Source of the DNA: a virus
Taxonomy: Duplodnaviria; Caudoviricetes
Direction: 5' to 3' (one strand)
Length of the DNA: 64,000 nucleotides
IMG/VR virus record: IMGVR_UViG_2671180089_000001
Location: 1-64,000 of that record
Part shown: positions 9,361-18,923 of the stretch, piece by piece
How the letters are laid out: each line of letters opens with the position of its first letter
Numbering within the stretch: the first letter of the stretch is position 1
Notes under the pieces: model-generated
What the model saw: only the letters and a program-made list of their open reading frames with translations
What the model was told of the DNA's origin: nothing
Database searches by the model: none
Program-made: the position numbers and the translations under genes

Positions 9361-9834
9361 TCAGGCCGCGCGGTGCTCGGCGAGCGCCTGCTCGAGCTCG
9401 TTGAGGATCGTCACGATGTCGTCGATCTTCACGTAGGAGATCCCGAAGGTGACGGTCCCATCCGCGTGGACGTCGAACTCGTACTCCGCGTACGACTGCT
9501 CGTCCTCGTAGTGGTAGCTGCCTGGCTCAGCCTCGGTGAACCCGCCGGGGCCCTCGTCGAACCAGTTCGCGCCCCACGTCTCCTTCATGGCGTGGCCGAC
9601 GGCGGCCTTGGGGACGCGCTCGAACTCGACTGTGGCGCGCCCGTGGTCATCGAGGCACACCTTGCCCTCGCCCTCCCCGGGCTGCTTCCAGCGCAGGGTG
9701 GGGCCGAAGCAATGGCACTTTTCTGCGGGGGTCAGGGCGGGGAACGCCGCGGTGAACGCCTCTTGCGCGGCGAACTGCTGGTTGTCCCAGGACATCCTCC
9801 AATCGTGCATGGCCTTCATGACGTGCGGCTGCAC
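9361..9834 (-). CDS. Hypothetical protein
   Basis: RBS GGGAG; codon bias. Confidence 0.7.
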   Translation of the reverse strand: MQPHVMKAMHDWRMSWDNQQFAAQEAFTAAFPALTPAEKCHCFGPTLRWKQPGEGEGKVCLDDHGRATVEFERVPKAAVGHAMKETWGANWFDEGPGGFTEAEPGSYHYEDEQSYAEYEFDVHADGTVTFGISYVKIDDIVTILNELEQALAEHRAA

Positions 9835-9954
9835 GCTGCTCCCTTCCGCCCAGGGCGCGGGGCCACCAGACGGCGGCCGCGGGCCGTGCCTCGGGCAAGG
9901 AGCGCACCCTGCACGTTGTGGAGGACTTGTGTCCGCTCCGTGGTTACTGGGTGG

Positions 9955-10788
9955 TCACTGCGCGGCGGCGGGGGCCGTGACCTGGTCACACGACGCGTAC
10001 AGCGAGAACCACTCCTCCGGCTCGTCGGCCGTGCCGCCCAGGGCGACCAGGCGGCTCGGGCCGTACGCGTTATCGGCCAGGAACGTCATGGTGGCGCGCA
10101 TGTCCGGATCGGCGATCCGGTCCGCGTCGGCGACGACAGCGACGTACTGGTGGAGTCCGCCCACGCTGTGCGGGGTGGTGTTCCACGCGGCGAACGCCAT
10201 GATGCGCTGCGGGCCCTCGAGGTCGTCGGCCCACCAGCCGCCCCGCCGGAGGTCCAGGCGGCCAGGCAGGCACGCGTTGTCGATGAACCGGGCAAGGATG
10301 CGCCACACGCTCGCCGACGTCGATCGGTACGGGGCGATGGAGACGGCGACGCGGGGGCCCTCGCCGAACGGGCGGGGGCACGACACCAGGGCCGTCCACG
10401 CGACAAGCACGGCGGCCGCAGTGTGATTGTCGATGCCCGGGAGGCGGGCGGCGATCCGGCGGGCGTCCGGGTCGGCGACGGCGTCCAGGGCGGCGCGCAG
10501 CTCCTCGTCGAGCGCCAGGCCGAGGACGTCGACGGCGAACCCGCTCGGGGTATCCCGCCACAGCTCGTACGCGCTGCCGGTGTGCTGATCGAGGGCGACC
10601 AGCACGTCCAGGAGGACGGCGTCGTCCAGGGCGGCGACGTGGGTGGCCCGCTGGTCAACCGGAAGGTTGAGCAGCCGGTGGGCGAGCTCCGCCGACTCCG
10701 CGGCCGGCTGCACGATGCGGTGCGGGCGGTTGGCGGTCCGGGCCTGGGAGGCGAGCGCGGCGCAGCGGGTGAGCGGGATGTACGTCAT
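9955..10788 (-). CDS. Degenerate terminase ATPase-domain paralogue (pseudo-TerL)
   Basis: TGSAYELWRDTPSGFAVDVLG versus TerL TGSMYGLWHDTPSGFIEDVLG; Walker A and B degenerate; no nuclease domain. Confidence 0.8.
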   Translation of the reverse strand: MTYIPLTRCAALASQARTANRPHRIVQPAAESAELAHRLLNLPVDQRATHVAALDDAVLLDVLVALDQHTGSAYELWRDTPSGFAVDVLGLALDEELRAALDAVADPDARRIAARLPGIDNHTAAAVLVAWTALVSCPRPFGEGPRVAVSIAPYRSTSASVWRILARFIDNACLPGRLDLRRGGWWADDLEGPQRIMAFAAWNTTPHSVGGLHQYVAVVADADRIADPDMRATMTFLADNAYGPSRLVALGGTADEPEEWFSLYASCDQVTAPAAAQ

Positions 10789-10948
10789 GGGCGTGGACCG
10801 TAGGGGCCGCAGAGGGTTGCGTCGCCCGCTGGGCTGGCCGGTGGCAGAGCCGCTCCTGACGTGGGGCGATGCGATGCAGAGGTGACCTCCAGGACGCGCT
10901 GCGCCCCGGCCGGGGAGTCGTCCGGCCGGGGCGCAGCGTCGTACGGGG

Positions 10949-11290
10949 TCAGGCGTCGGCGCCACCGATGCCGCTCGAGCACTCGGGGTCGAAGATGTTG
11001 CAGCCGTCCGGGTCCGGCGTCATCGGCGCGGTCGGCGTCGGCTGCGGCGGTTCGCTGGGTGCCGGGGTGGTGCTCGGCGTGGGGTCCTCGGGCGCCTGGG
11101 TCGACGGGGCGGGCTTCGGCTCGCTTGAGGAGTCGGGGCCCTGCACGATGACGACGGCGAGCGCGGCGACGCCCAGGGCCAGGGCGAAACCCCAGCAGAC
11201 GATCATCACGCGCAGCAGACGCGAGCAGCGCAGGCAGCGCGTCGCACGGGGGCAGGGGGCGGGCTTCGGGCAGGGGACAAGGTCGGACAC
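10949..11290 (-). CDS. Small membrane-anchored Pro-rich protein
   Basis: Cys-rich N-terminus, one TM helix, Pro/Thr tail; RBS GAAGGA. Confidence 0.55.
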   Translation of the reverse strand: MSDLVPCPKPAPCPRATRCLRCSRLLRVMIVCWGFALALGVAALAVVIVQGPDSSSEPKPAPSTQAPEDPTPSTTPAPSEPPQPTPTAPMTPDPDGCNIFDPECSSGIGGADA

Positions 11291-11358
11291 GGGCGTTCCT
11301 TCGGTACGGGGACTGGACGAGCGGACCGTGTCGGACCGACACCGCTTGTGTCGCGTGC

Positions 11359-11706
11359 TCACCGCCGCGGCGGCGCGATGCGGGGCGGCGCGGCCGGGGC
11401 TTTCGGTGCCGCGGGAACCTTCGCGGCCGGGGCCTTCGGCCGGACGGCCGGCCTGCGCGCAGTGCTCGGGCCACTCCCGGCATGGTTGGTACCAGCGTGC
11501 GGCGCGCCCGCGGGGCCGTACGGCAGGCACGTCACGGGGTCCACGGTGCCGACGGCGTGCCCGGGGCAGCGGCGGGAGCTGCCGTCGTGGTCGCCATCGG
11601 TGACGAGGAGTGCGAGCAGCACGACCAGGCCCAGCACGAGAGCAACGACGCGGGCGGAGACGACCAGGCGGGACGTGCGGTCGTCGGTCATGAGGAACTT
11701 GGTCAC
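11359..11706 (-). CDS. Small membrane-anchored protein
   Basis: TM VVALVLGLVVLLALLV; late-type promoter at 11741-11770. Confidence 0.55.
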   Translation of the reverse strand: MTKFLMTDDRTSRLVVSARVVALVLGLVVLLALLVTDGDHDGSSRRCPGHAVGTVDPVTCLPYGPAGAPHAGTNHAGSGPSTARRPAVRPKAPAAKVPAAPKAPAAPPRIAPPRR

Positions 11707-11790
11707 GACGTGGCCTTCCAGACGAGTGGTGAGGCCGCGGATCGTGGAGGCCGGAAGCGCCTTGCGTCGCGCGCTGCCTACAGTCGAGGG

Positions 11791-12171
11791 ATGAGCACGA
11801 TTCCCGAACCGGAGCGGGCCCGCCCCCACGGGGCCGAGGACGGGCCGCCCCCCGTTGTGTGGACATGGCCGCGGAGCGACCGTCCGGCGCTCAAGGTGTG
11901 GTCCGCGGGCCGATGGCGGTACGCGCCGGTGATCGCACGGCAGGACTGGGCGGACGGCACGGTTCGCTACCAGGTCGAGGCGGACCTTCGCGGGGACACG
12001 ACCGTCACAGTTTGCGCGTATCAGTGGCCACAGCCCGGGTTGCGGGTGGCGCACCGGAGCGGCTTGGAGCCGTCCAGGGCGGCCGACGGGCGGCGCCAGG
12101 GTGGAATGCCGCAGGCGCCGCACCGTCGGCCGCGTACGGGGCCGCAGAAGCGTTCGGCTACAGGTAGGTGA
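11791..12171 (+). CDS. Hypothetical protein
   Basis: Trp-rich beta-type ORF; TACAGT just upstream of ATG. Confidence 0.55.
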   Translation: MSTIPEPERARPHGAEDGPPPVVWTWPRSDRPALKVWSAGRWRYAPVIARQDWADGTVRYQVEADLRGDTTVTVCAYQWPQPGLRVAHRSGLEPSRAADGRRQGGMPQAPHRRPRTGPQKRSATGR

Positions 12172-12355
12172 TCTGGAGCTCCGCCGCGAGGAGACCACCG
12201 TTCAGCGGAGTGTCGGTGAGCAGCGCGCGGACGGGGCGGCCGTCGACCTTGAGCTGGACGACGGAGCCGGCCGGGGCCGGACTGGTGAAGGTGACGCGGC
12301 GGCCGCCGAACAGCGCGCCGGAGTTGATCACCAGGTAGGTGCGTACGGAGTCCAC
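12158..12355 (-). CDS. Hypothetical protein
   Basis: RBS GAAAGG; codon bias. Confidence 0.5.
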   Translation of the reverse strand: MDSVRTYLVINSGALFGGRRVTFTSPAPAGSVVQLKVDGRPVRALLTDTPLNGGLLAAELQITYL

Positions 12356-12616
12356 GGGAGTTGGCCTTTCGAGCTGGGGCCTGCCCCGTGCGGGCCGCCC
12401 TGTACCCCTTACGCGGGCTCGCCCCCGGTGGGACAGGACTACCGGAGCGGATTCTCTCCGGCGATCCGGTCGAGGTCTCCGATCTCGAACGGACAGGTGG
12501 GCGCTGGGGCAACGATCTCGCGGTTGCGGGTACCGGCGGGCGGGATTCGGCCGACGGGCCGCGTACGGGCCTCTCCGGGCCCGTATCGAGGCGCCCGACC
12601 GCCGGGTGAAGCCCGT

Positions 12617-12967
12617 TCAGCCTTTGGGGCCCAGTTCGAGCGATCGACAGTGCTCCGGCTCCGGCTCCTCGCGCATCGCAGCGTCGGCGCGCACCAGGGC
12701 GTCGGACACCGCTTCGCTCAGGTGTACCGGCTCGTACACGGTGATGGTCGGCTGGAGGCGGTCCGCAAGGGCGGCGGCAAGGTGGTTGCGCAGGGACCGC
12801 TCGTATCCGGCGCGGGCCTGCGGGTCAGCCTCAATGCACCGCCAGGCGGCGCGGTCTATCTGCTGCTGGACGGTGACCTCGGCGCCGTTCACGGTGACCG
12901 TGGCGGTCAGGACGACGAACGCCCCGAACGGGTTGATGAAGGGAAAGTCGTACACGGGGCCGCTCAT
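12617..12967 (-). CDS. Hypothetical protein
   Basis: ATGA overlap with the upstream ORF. Confidence 0.6.
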   Translation of the reverse strand: MSGPVYDFPFINPFGAFVVLTATVTVNGAEVTVQQQIDRAAWRCIEADPQARAGYERSLRNHLAAALADRLQPTITVYEPVHLSEAVSDALVRADAAMREEPEPEHCRSLELGPKG

Positions 12968-13212
12968 GAGCGGCGGGCCGTCGAGCGGCGGCGGGGCGTG
13001 CCATGGGCCCGGCCGTGGCGGCGGGGTGCCTGAGCCACCCAGTACGGCGCGCGCTGGCCTTCATCGAGCCGCGCGGCGAGGAGACGGAACGCGGCGGCGG
13101 CCTCCCGGAACTGGTCGCCCACACAGAGCGCGTGGAAGCGCTGAAACGGGGTGGCGGTCTCCCGGAGCTGGCGACCGATGTCGAGGCCCGAGAGGGGCGT
13201 CTGGTTACTCAT
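12964..13212 (-). CDS. Hypothetical protein
   Basis: ORF coupled to the next gene. Confidence 0.5.
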   Translation of the reverse strand: MSNQTPLSGLDIGRQLRETATPFQRFHALCVGDQFREAAAAFRLLAARLDEGQRAPYWVAQAPRRHGRAHGTPRRRSTARRS

Positions 13213-13308
13213 GTCGGGGGGAACGTCGGGCGGCCCCGGGCTGTGACAGGGGCCGGGAACGAGGACGGCCCCCGCCGGTGAGGGGCGGGGGCCAGGGGGC
13301 GGCGGGGG

Positions 13309-13632
13309 TCAGTCCTCGTCGATCCCGAGGTACGCCTGTCCGCCCCCGCCGGCGACGGCGTCCCCGTGGGGCTTCTTCTCGATCTGCACGCCGCCCGCCG
13401 GGGTCCAGGTGGCAATGTGCGCGAGGCCGGAGACGTCGGCGCCCGGGCTCTGCCCGTTCTCCTCGCCGGGCTCCCAGTCGCCTTCGTGCCACGCCTGGGC
13501 GTCGTCGGCGAACTGCCCCTTCATGTCGGCCGTGACCGGGCCGCAGAACTAGACGGTTCCCCCCTCCCCGCGCGTCAGGTAGACCCCTCCGGCGTTGTCC
13601 TCGTACGCCCGGATGCTGGCGGTGCTGGCCAT
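13309..13632 (-). pseudogene. Frameshifted/nonsense-disrupted small gene
   Basis: MASTASIRAYEDNAGGVYLTRGEG shifts frame near 13560 into ...TV*FCGPVTADMKGQFADD (in-frame TAG); good RBS GAGGGAG at the start. Confidence 0.6.
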
Positions 13633-13722
13633 GGTTCGCTCCCTCGGATGTGGTGGTTCTGATATAGCGGACGGCACGGACAGCCGGGGCGCCCTCGGCG
13701 GAGGACGCCCCGGCCGGGGCCG

Positions 13723-15042
13723 CTAGGCGACCGTGTCGTAGTCGTCGGCGTCGAGGTACTCGTGCAGCCGGTAGAGCTGGCACAGGTAGTCGGCGGCCCG
13801 CGCTTCGCCGTCGACGTTGAAGAACTGGGCGAGGACCCGCGCCGCCATGAGCGGGGGGACGACGTCGGCGAACTGCTGGAACACGCTCGTCCGGGAACCC
13901 TGACCCGGGTACGAGGAGCGGAACCCGACGAGGAGACCGGCCTCGTTCTGGGTGAGGCGCAGCCCGTCAGAGACGCGCTTCCAGGTGCGGGCCTTGCCGG
14001 TGAGGCAGTTGGACGGCTTGTCGGCGGAGAACTCGTTCCCGCCCTTGGCGCGGCCGGTGGCCGGGTCGATGGGGCGGACGCCACGGGTGTTGATCCGCTC
14101 GCCCTCCTTCCAGCCCAGGGCCTGCGCCATCGTGGTGCGGGGGACGTTCTCGCCGGGCGTGGGCAGGGACGACAGGCGGCGGGAGGCGAGGAAGAACACC
14201 CGCTCGCGGCGGGAGGCGAGACCGAACTCGGAGGCTTCGAGGATGCCCTGGGTGCTCCAGTACCACTGGCCCTCTTGCTGGCCGCCGCGCAGCTCCCGGC
14301 GGATGTCGCCGAGGATCTGCTGCGGCAGCCGGCTGGACTGCTCCATGGCGATGAACTGGAGCGGCGCGCCTGCGGCCTGCATGCCGAACGCCCAGAACAG
14401 CAGTTCCGCCATGAGGCCGATACGGGCGTCGGTGAGCGGGGCGAGCTGGGCGCGGAGTTCGTCCCAGGTGGCGCCGGAGCGGGGGGCGAACCCGTCGTGG
14501 TAGCCGAGTTCGTCGCAGGTGTCGCAGCCCTCGCACAGGTCGTCGAGTTCGTTGCCGGGGAGGAAGCCGCCCGCCTCGGAGGTTTGGGCGAGCACCGAGC
14601 ACAGGACGTCGATGTTTGCCTGTTCCTGCCCGGAGTGCTTTCCGGCGGGGGAGAACGAGGGGCACGGCGGGGAGACGATCAGGCCGCGAACGTGGCGCAG
14701 GGCGTAGTGCTCGGGGTCCAGGGCGGTGATGTCTGCGCAGATGCGGAAGTGACCGGCGGCGCGGGCGGTGGCGCACGCGTCCTTGGAGACGTCGATGCCG
14801 ACGGCGTCCACGGCGACACCGAGGACGGTGGCGAGACCCTCCGACCAACCACCGGGACCGGCAAAGAGCTCGATGATGCGGATCGGGTCGCCGGGCAGCG
14901 GGTCGAGGAGCCAGCGGCCGGGGAACGGGGCGGCGGCGGTGTCGAGGAAGGCGAGGACCTTGGGCGGGATCGGCAGCCCGTTCTGGCGGGCCAGAGTCGC
15001 GATGTGAACGGCGGTGGCGACCGTGGGGGGCAGGGTCCTCAT
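13723..15042 (-). CDS. DNA (cytosine-5) methyltransferase, orphan
   Basis: Motif I IELFAGPGG, IV SPPCPSFS, VI MEQ, VIII SRRERVF, X-like QFADVVPP. Confidence 0.9.
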   Translation of the reverse strand: MRTLPPTVATAVHIATLARQNGLPIPPKVLAFLDTAAAPFPGRWLLDPLPGDPIRIIELFAGPGGWSEGLATVLGVAVDAVGIDVSKDACATARAAGHFRICADITALDPEHYALRHVRGLIVSPPCPSFSPAGKHSGQEQANIDVLCSVLAQTSEAGGFLPGNELDDLCEGCDTCDELGYHDGFAPRSGATWDELRAQLAPLTDARIGLMAELLFWAFGMQAAGAPLQFIAMEQSSRLPQQILGDIRRELRGGQQEGQWYWSTQGILEASEFGLASRRERVFFLASRRLSSLPTPGENVPRTTMAQALGWKEGERINTRGVRPIDPATGRAKGGNEFSADKPSNCLTGKARTWKRVSDGLRLTQNEAGLLVGFRSSYPGQGSRTSVFQQFADVVPPLMAARVLAQFFNVDGEARAADYLCQLYRLHEYLDADDYDTVA

Positions 15043-15071
15043 CTGGTGTTTCCTCTTCTTCGCTGGTTCCC

Positions 15072-15118
15072 GTCGGCGGTGCTCTCCACCAACACCCCGA
15101 ATAGTACACCAAGGGAAA
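15072..15118 (-). promoter_or_regulatory. Early box plus AGAGCA leader hairpin
   Basis: TTTCCCTTGGTGTACTATT (15100-15118), then GUUGGUGG-AGAGCA-CCGCCGAC (15072-15093). Confidence 0.8.
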
Positions 15119-15181
15119 TCCAGCAAGCTCCTAACTGGGGAAATACCCAGTCGATTGCCCCGGGCTGACTGTTCCTGCGGG

Positions 15182-15565
15182 TCAGGCGAACGTGGCGGTG
15201 CGCGCCTGGGCCTCGATCACGGCGGCGGCGGCCTCGACGTCGGCCCCCAGGTCAACCCCGGCGCGCCGAAGGTCTTCAAGCAGCTCCAGGGCCGTCGGGT
15301 CGTCGCCCTGGTCGTACGCGGCGATGTGCGCGGCGACCTTCTCGCGCATCGCCACCAGCGCGGTCTCGACAGCCAACAGTCGGCGCAACAGCGGCGGCAG
15401 CGCGGTGCGGGCGTAGTTGCCCAGGGCCTGGGTCGTCCGGCGCCCGGCGACGGTGTCGGCGTGGATCTCGGCGACGTCCAGGAGGACGGGGAACGACGGC
15501 GGGGCACCGGGGCGCAGCGCGCGGTCCAGCTCGGCGAGCTGCTCGGGCTTAGCAGGGATCAGCAC
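15182..15565 (-). CDS. Hypothetical protein
   Basis: RBS GGAG before GTG; helical ORF. Confidence 0.6.
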   Translation of the reverse strand: MLIPAKPEQLAELDRALRPGAPPSFPVLLDVAEIHADTVAGRRTTQALGNYARTALPPLLRRLLAVETALVAMREKVAAHIAAYDQGDDPTALELLEDLRRAGVDLGADVEAAAAVIEAQARTATFA

Positions 15566-15632
15566 AGGGTGGCTCCGATTCGGAAGGGACGCGCCCGGAG
15601 CCGTGACGGGGCTCCGGGCGCGGTGCGGGCGT

Positions 15633-16484
15633 TCAGCGGGCGAGGTACGGGGCGAGAGAGACGAGGAAGTCAACGCCGACGGCGTGAAGGTCGACGGAGG
15701 CCGGGGTGGTGTCGCGCACCCGGGCGGCCGGGTCGGCGGCGGGCGCGGCGTACCCGTACACCCCGGGCCGCGTCCCGAACGCGATGCCGCCCGCGTCGGT
15801 CTGCTCCACGTCCACGCGCTGCGCGAGGAACGCGGCCATGCGGCGGGCGAGACGCCCCCGCACGTTGCGCATCGGCCACGTCTTCGGGTCGAGCGGCTTG
15901 CCAGGCAGGAACTGGGCCACGGCCCGCTCGACGGCGCGCACCGGACCCTCTATCTGGACGTCACACGCGGGGTTGGAGCCGTGCAGGGTGGCCGAGTAGC
16001 GCAGGCCGGCCGAGGACCAGGTGACGGTAGACGTGTTCACCAGGAGCCCGCCCCGCTCGTACGTCGCTGCGCCCTGGGCGCGCATCGCGGCGCCGATCTC
16101 GTAGAGCAGCTCCAGCCGGACGCGGGAGACGTCCTCGCGGGCGCGGGCCGCATCGTCGTCGAGGACGGGCAGGACCAGGCGCAGGATCTCGCGGGCGACG
16201 ACGTCCGGGCGGGAGGAGCAGAACGTGAAGTCCGGCCGGTACGGCTCACGGCCGGGGAGCTGCCACCCGACCTCGGTGTTCCAGGTGTGCCCGTTGGCGA
16301 CCAGGACCAGGGCGCGGGCGCCTTGGACCAGGCGGACGCCGGGGTGCCGGGCGGTCCACCACGGGGCGTAGGGCTCCACGGTCCAGGGGACGCCGGTTCG
16401 CGCGGGGAGCAGTGCGGCGACGTGCTCGGCGAGGGTGCGGGCGGGGCAGGCGACGGGGGCCGGGGCGGCCACGGGCGCGGTCAT
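15633..16484 (-). CDS. Hypothetical protein (paralogue of 16553-17383)
   Basis: Shares AALLPAR.G..W.V and GVDFL...A..L with its neighbour. Confidence 0.75.
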   Translation of the reverse strand: MTAPVAAPAPVACPARTLAEHVAALLPARTGVPWTVEPYAPWWTARHPGVRLVQGARALVLVANGHTWNTEVGWQLPGREPYRPDFTFCSSRPDVVAREILRLVLPVLDDDAARAREDVSRVRLELLYEIGAAMRAQGAATYERGGLLVNTSTVTWSSAGLRYSATLHGSNPACDVQIEGPVRAVERAVAQFLPGKPLDPKTWPMRNVRGRLARRMAAFLAQRVDVEQTDAGGIAFGTRPGVYGYAAPAADPAARVRDTTPASVDLHAVGVDFLVSLAPYLAR

Positions 16485-16552
16485 GTCGTGGGGCCTTTCG
16501 AGGGGGCCGCGCCCCGGTACGAGGGGCAGGGGCGCGGCCGGGCGGGTGAGGG

Positions 16553-17383
16553 TCAGACCAGGTGCGCGGCGGCGGCGAGCAGGAAGTCGACGCCGGCCGG
16601 GGCGACCTGGGCGCAGACCCGGGTGCTGTCGGTCACGGGGTCGCTGAGCTCGGCGCGGGAGGGAAGCGCGATCCAGCCGTGCAGGTCCTGGTAGCCGCCG
16701 AACTCGACCTCGTCGGCGTCGACTGGGCGGAGCTGCGGGAAGCGGTCCGTCAGGTGGCGCGTGAACGGGCTACCGGCGTCCGTGGGGACGTGACCGTGCA
16801 GCGCGGGCAGCAGGACCGGCAGCGCCCCATACAGGCCACTCATGGGCCCCTCGTAGGTCAGCGAGTAGTTCGAGCCCGCACCGTTCGCCCATACGCCCCA
16901 CTCGGCGCCGGACGCGCTCGCCCACTTGATGCCGGGGCCGTCGGGGCGCTCCGTGCTCGCGGGGGACACGCCCTGGTCGATCAGGTGGAACCCGAACTCC
17001 GTAAGCGCGGTGCCCTTGGCGTGCAGAACGTGGTGCCACCCCTTCTCGGCGGCGGCCTCCCGGATCGTCGCGGCGTCCAGGTCGGCGAGGAGCCAGCGCA
17101 GCGCACGTGTGGCGAGCGTGGCGACGGAGGCCGGGTCGGTGGAGTCGACGACGACGTCCGGCGTGTACGGGAACAGGTCGGGACGCTCGCCGTACAGCTC
17201 GACGCGGTTGCCCTCCTCGACGACGAGCAGGGAGCGGCGGCCGTCGGTGATCCGGGACGTAGCGGCGTGGTTGCGCGGGCCGTAGAGCGGGGCGGTGCCG
17301 ACCTTCCACGCCTTGCCCTGGCGGGCGGGCAGGAGGGCGGCGAGCGGCGCGGCGGTGGCCGCCTCGGTGACGGCAGAGATCAC
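16553..17383 (-). CDS. Hypothetical protein (paralogue of 15633-16484)
   Basis: Same shared motifs; AGAGCA leader and RBS upstream. Confidence 0.75.
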   Translation of the reverse strand: MISAVTEAATAAPLAALLPARQGKAWKVGTAPLYGPRNHAATSRITDGRRSLLVVEEGNRVELYGERPDLFPYTPDVVVDSTDPASVATLATRALRWLLADLDAATIREAAAEKGWHHVLHAKGTALTEFGFHLIDQGVSPASTERPDGPGIKWASASGAEWGVWANGAGSNYSLTYEGPMSGLYGALPVLLPALHGHVPTDAGSPFTRHLTDRFPQLRPVDADEVEFGGYQDLHGWIALPSRAELSDPVTDSTRVCAQVAPAGVDFLLAAAAHLV

Positions 17384-17500
17384 GGGGTGTTCCTCGTTTC
17401 GTGGTTCGGTCCGGCGCGGTGCTCTCCGGCCGGTGATGTGGTCATGCGGGTGGGGCTTGTGTCGCGGCCGGCCCCGGGGGCGGGGGTCGGCCGCGACAGG

Positions 17501-17743
17501 TCAGCGGGTCGGTTCGAACCCGGCGACGTCGTCCACCAGGTCGCCCTCGAGGTCGGGGCCGACCTCCTGGTCGTACGCCCGCTGAACGGCTTGGGCGTGG
17601 CCGTCGACCAGGAACTCGTACGCCCACACGTCGCGGCCGTCGAGGATGGCGTCGATCGCCGTCTCTTCTCCGTCCTTGACGGTGTGGGACTCGGTGATCG
17701 TGAGAACCGGGCCGTCCCAGGTGCCGACGAGCAGTACGGACAT
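17501..17743 (-). CDS. Small acidic hypothetical protein
   Basis: RBS AAGGAG; codon bias. Confidence 0.65.
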   Translation of the reverse strand: MSVLLVGTWDGPVLTITESHTVKDGEETAIDAILDGRDVWAYEFLVDGHAQAVQRAYDQEVGPDLEGDLVDDVAGFEPTR

Positions 17744-17799
17744 GGGGCGCTCCTTCCGGGTAGGGGCCGCGCGGTGGGCACGGCCCCGGGGGTGGGCGG

Positions 17800-18219
17800 T
17801 CAGGCGGCGTCGGCGAGCCAGCCCGACACCACGTCGGCGTCCTCGCCGTAGCACTCCGACGTGACGTCCGCGAACGACGCGTCCGGGTCATCCAGCAGGG
17901 TCAGCGCGGCGTTGACCGCGAAGTTGTCGATGTCGTCGGCGACGCCGTTGTGGAGCCGTGCGGCCATGTCGTCAACGGCGCGGTTCAGCGCGGTGGAGAC
18001 CTGGTCCCGGGTGTACGTCTCGTACGTGACCGGGTGCAGGGGAGTAGCCGGCCTCGGCACGGCGAGGACGTTCAGATATGCCCAGAACGCCGACTGTGTC
18101 GCTGCGAAGTCTCGGTTCTCAACGTCTACGCCGGACTCCTCGGCGGCCATGTTGAAACCCTCGCCGAGGGCCTTCTCGACCTGCTCGTACGTGAAGGCGG
18201 TGGCGGGAGTGGTGCTCAT
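17800..18219 (-). CDS. Hypothetical protein with an internal duplication
   Basis: FTYEQVEKAL...DFA and YTRDQVSTAL...NFA repeats; AGAGCA leader. Confidence 0.7.
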   Translation of the reverse strand: MSTTPATAFTYEQVEKALGEGFNMAAEESGVDVENRDFAATQSAFWAYLNVLAVPRPATPLHPVTYETYTRDQVSTALNRAVDDMAARLHNGVADDIDNFAVNAALTLLDDPDASFADVTSECYGEDADVVSGWLADAA

Positions 18220-18352
18220 GGTGGGTGTCCTTCGTTCGGATGTCCGGGCGGTGCTCTCCGGCCGGTATGTGGTCAGGCGGTGGGGGCTTGCGTCGCGCCC
18301 CGGGGCGGCTCGTGTGTCCGGCCCCGGGGCGTAGCGGCGGGGGGCGTGCCGG

Positions 18353-18826
18353 CTAAGCCGACTCGGCGTCACCGGCGCGCAGGTAGCGGCCGGTGTCGAT
18401 GTAGTGCTGGCAGGATGCGGACGACGTGAGGTCCCAGGCGGCGGGGTCGTAGCCGGTGACGGCACGGAGCGCGGCGGCGGCCCGCTCGGCGAGCGCCTTC
18501 AGGCCGTCCCCGGCATACGCCTCCACCAGGTACACACCCCCGGGCCGGTCGGCGACGCCCTCGGGCAGCTCCGGCGACTCGGGAAGGCTGTCGTCCTCGT
18601 ACCCCGTGTACGAGATGGTGAGGTCGCCTTCGTAGTCCACCTCGATCACGAAATCGGCGACGTACGGGTGCCCGGAGATGACGCCGTAGACGCCCCAGGG
18701 GCCGGACTCGGCGCTCCAGCCGGGACCGAGGAGCTGCGCCGTGGCGCGTGCGATGTCGGAGATGCTGAACGGGTACTCCGTGCCGGGCGCGGGCTCGTAC
18801 GCGGCCGGGGCGGTGGCGGTGCTCAT
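18353..18826 (-). CDS. Hypothetical protein
   Basis: AGAGCA leader plus RBS GAGGA. Confidence 0.7.
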   Translation of the reverse strand: MSTATAPAAYEPAPGTEYPFSISDIARATAQLLGPGWSAESGPWGVYGVISGHPYVADFVIEVDYEGDLTISYTGYEDDSLPESPELPEGVADRPGGVYLVEAYAGDGLKALAERAAAALRAVTGYDPAAWDLTSSASCQHYIDTGRYLRAGDAESA

Positions 18827-18923
18827 TGTGGGTTCCTCGCTTCGTTGGTTGGGCCCGGCGTGCTCTCGCCGGGTAGTACGCCGGGCGGGGGGTTCCTGTG
18901 ACGCCCCCGCCCGGCCGTGCAGG

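Noticed and set aside
13723-15042. Complete restriction-modification system
   Set aside because: No adjacent endonuclease; the HNH gene is ~6 kb away and of the common phage type.
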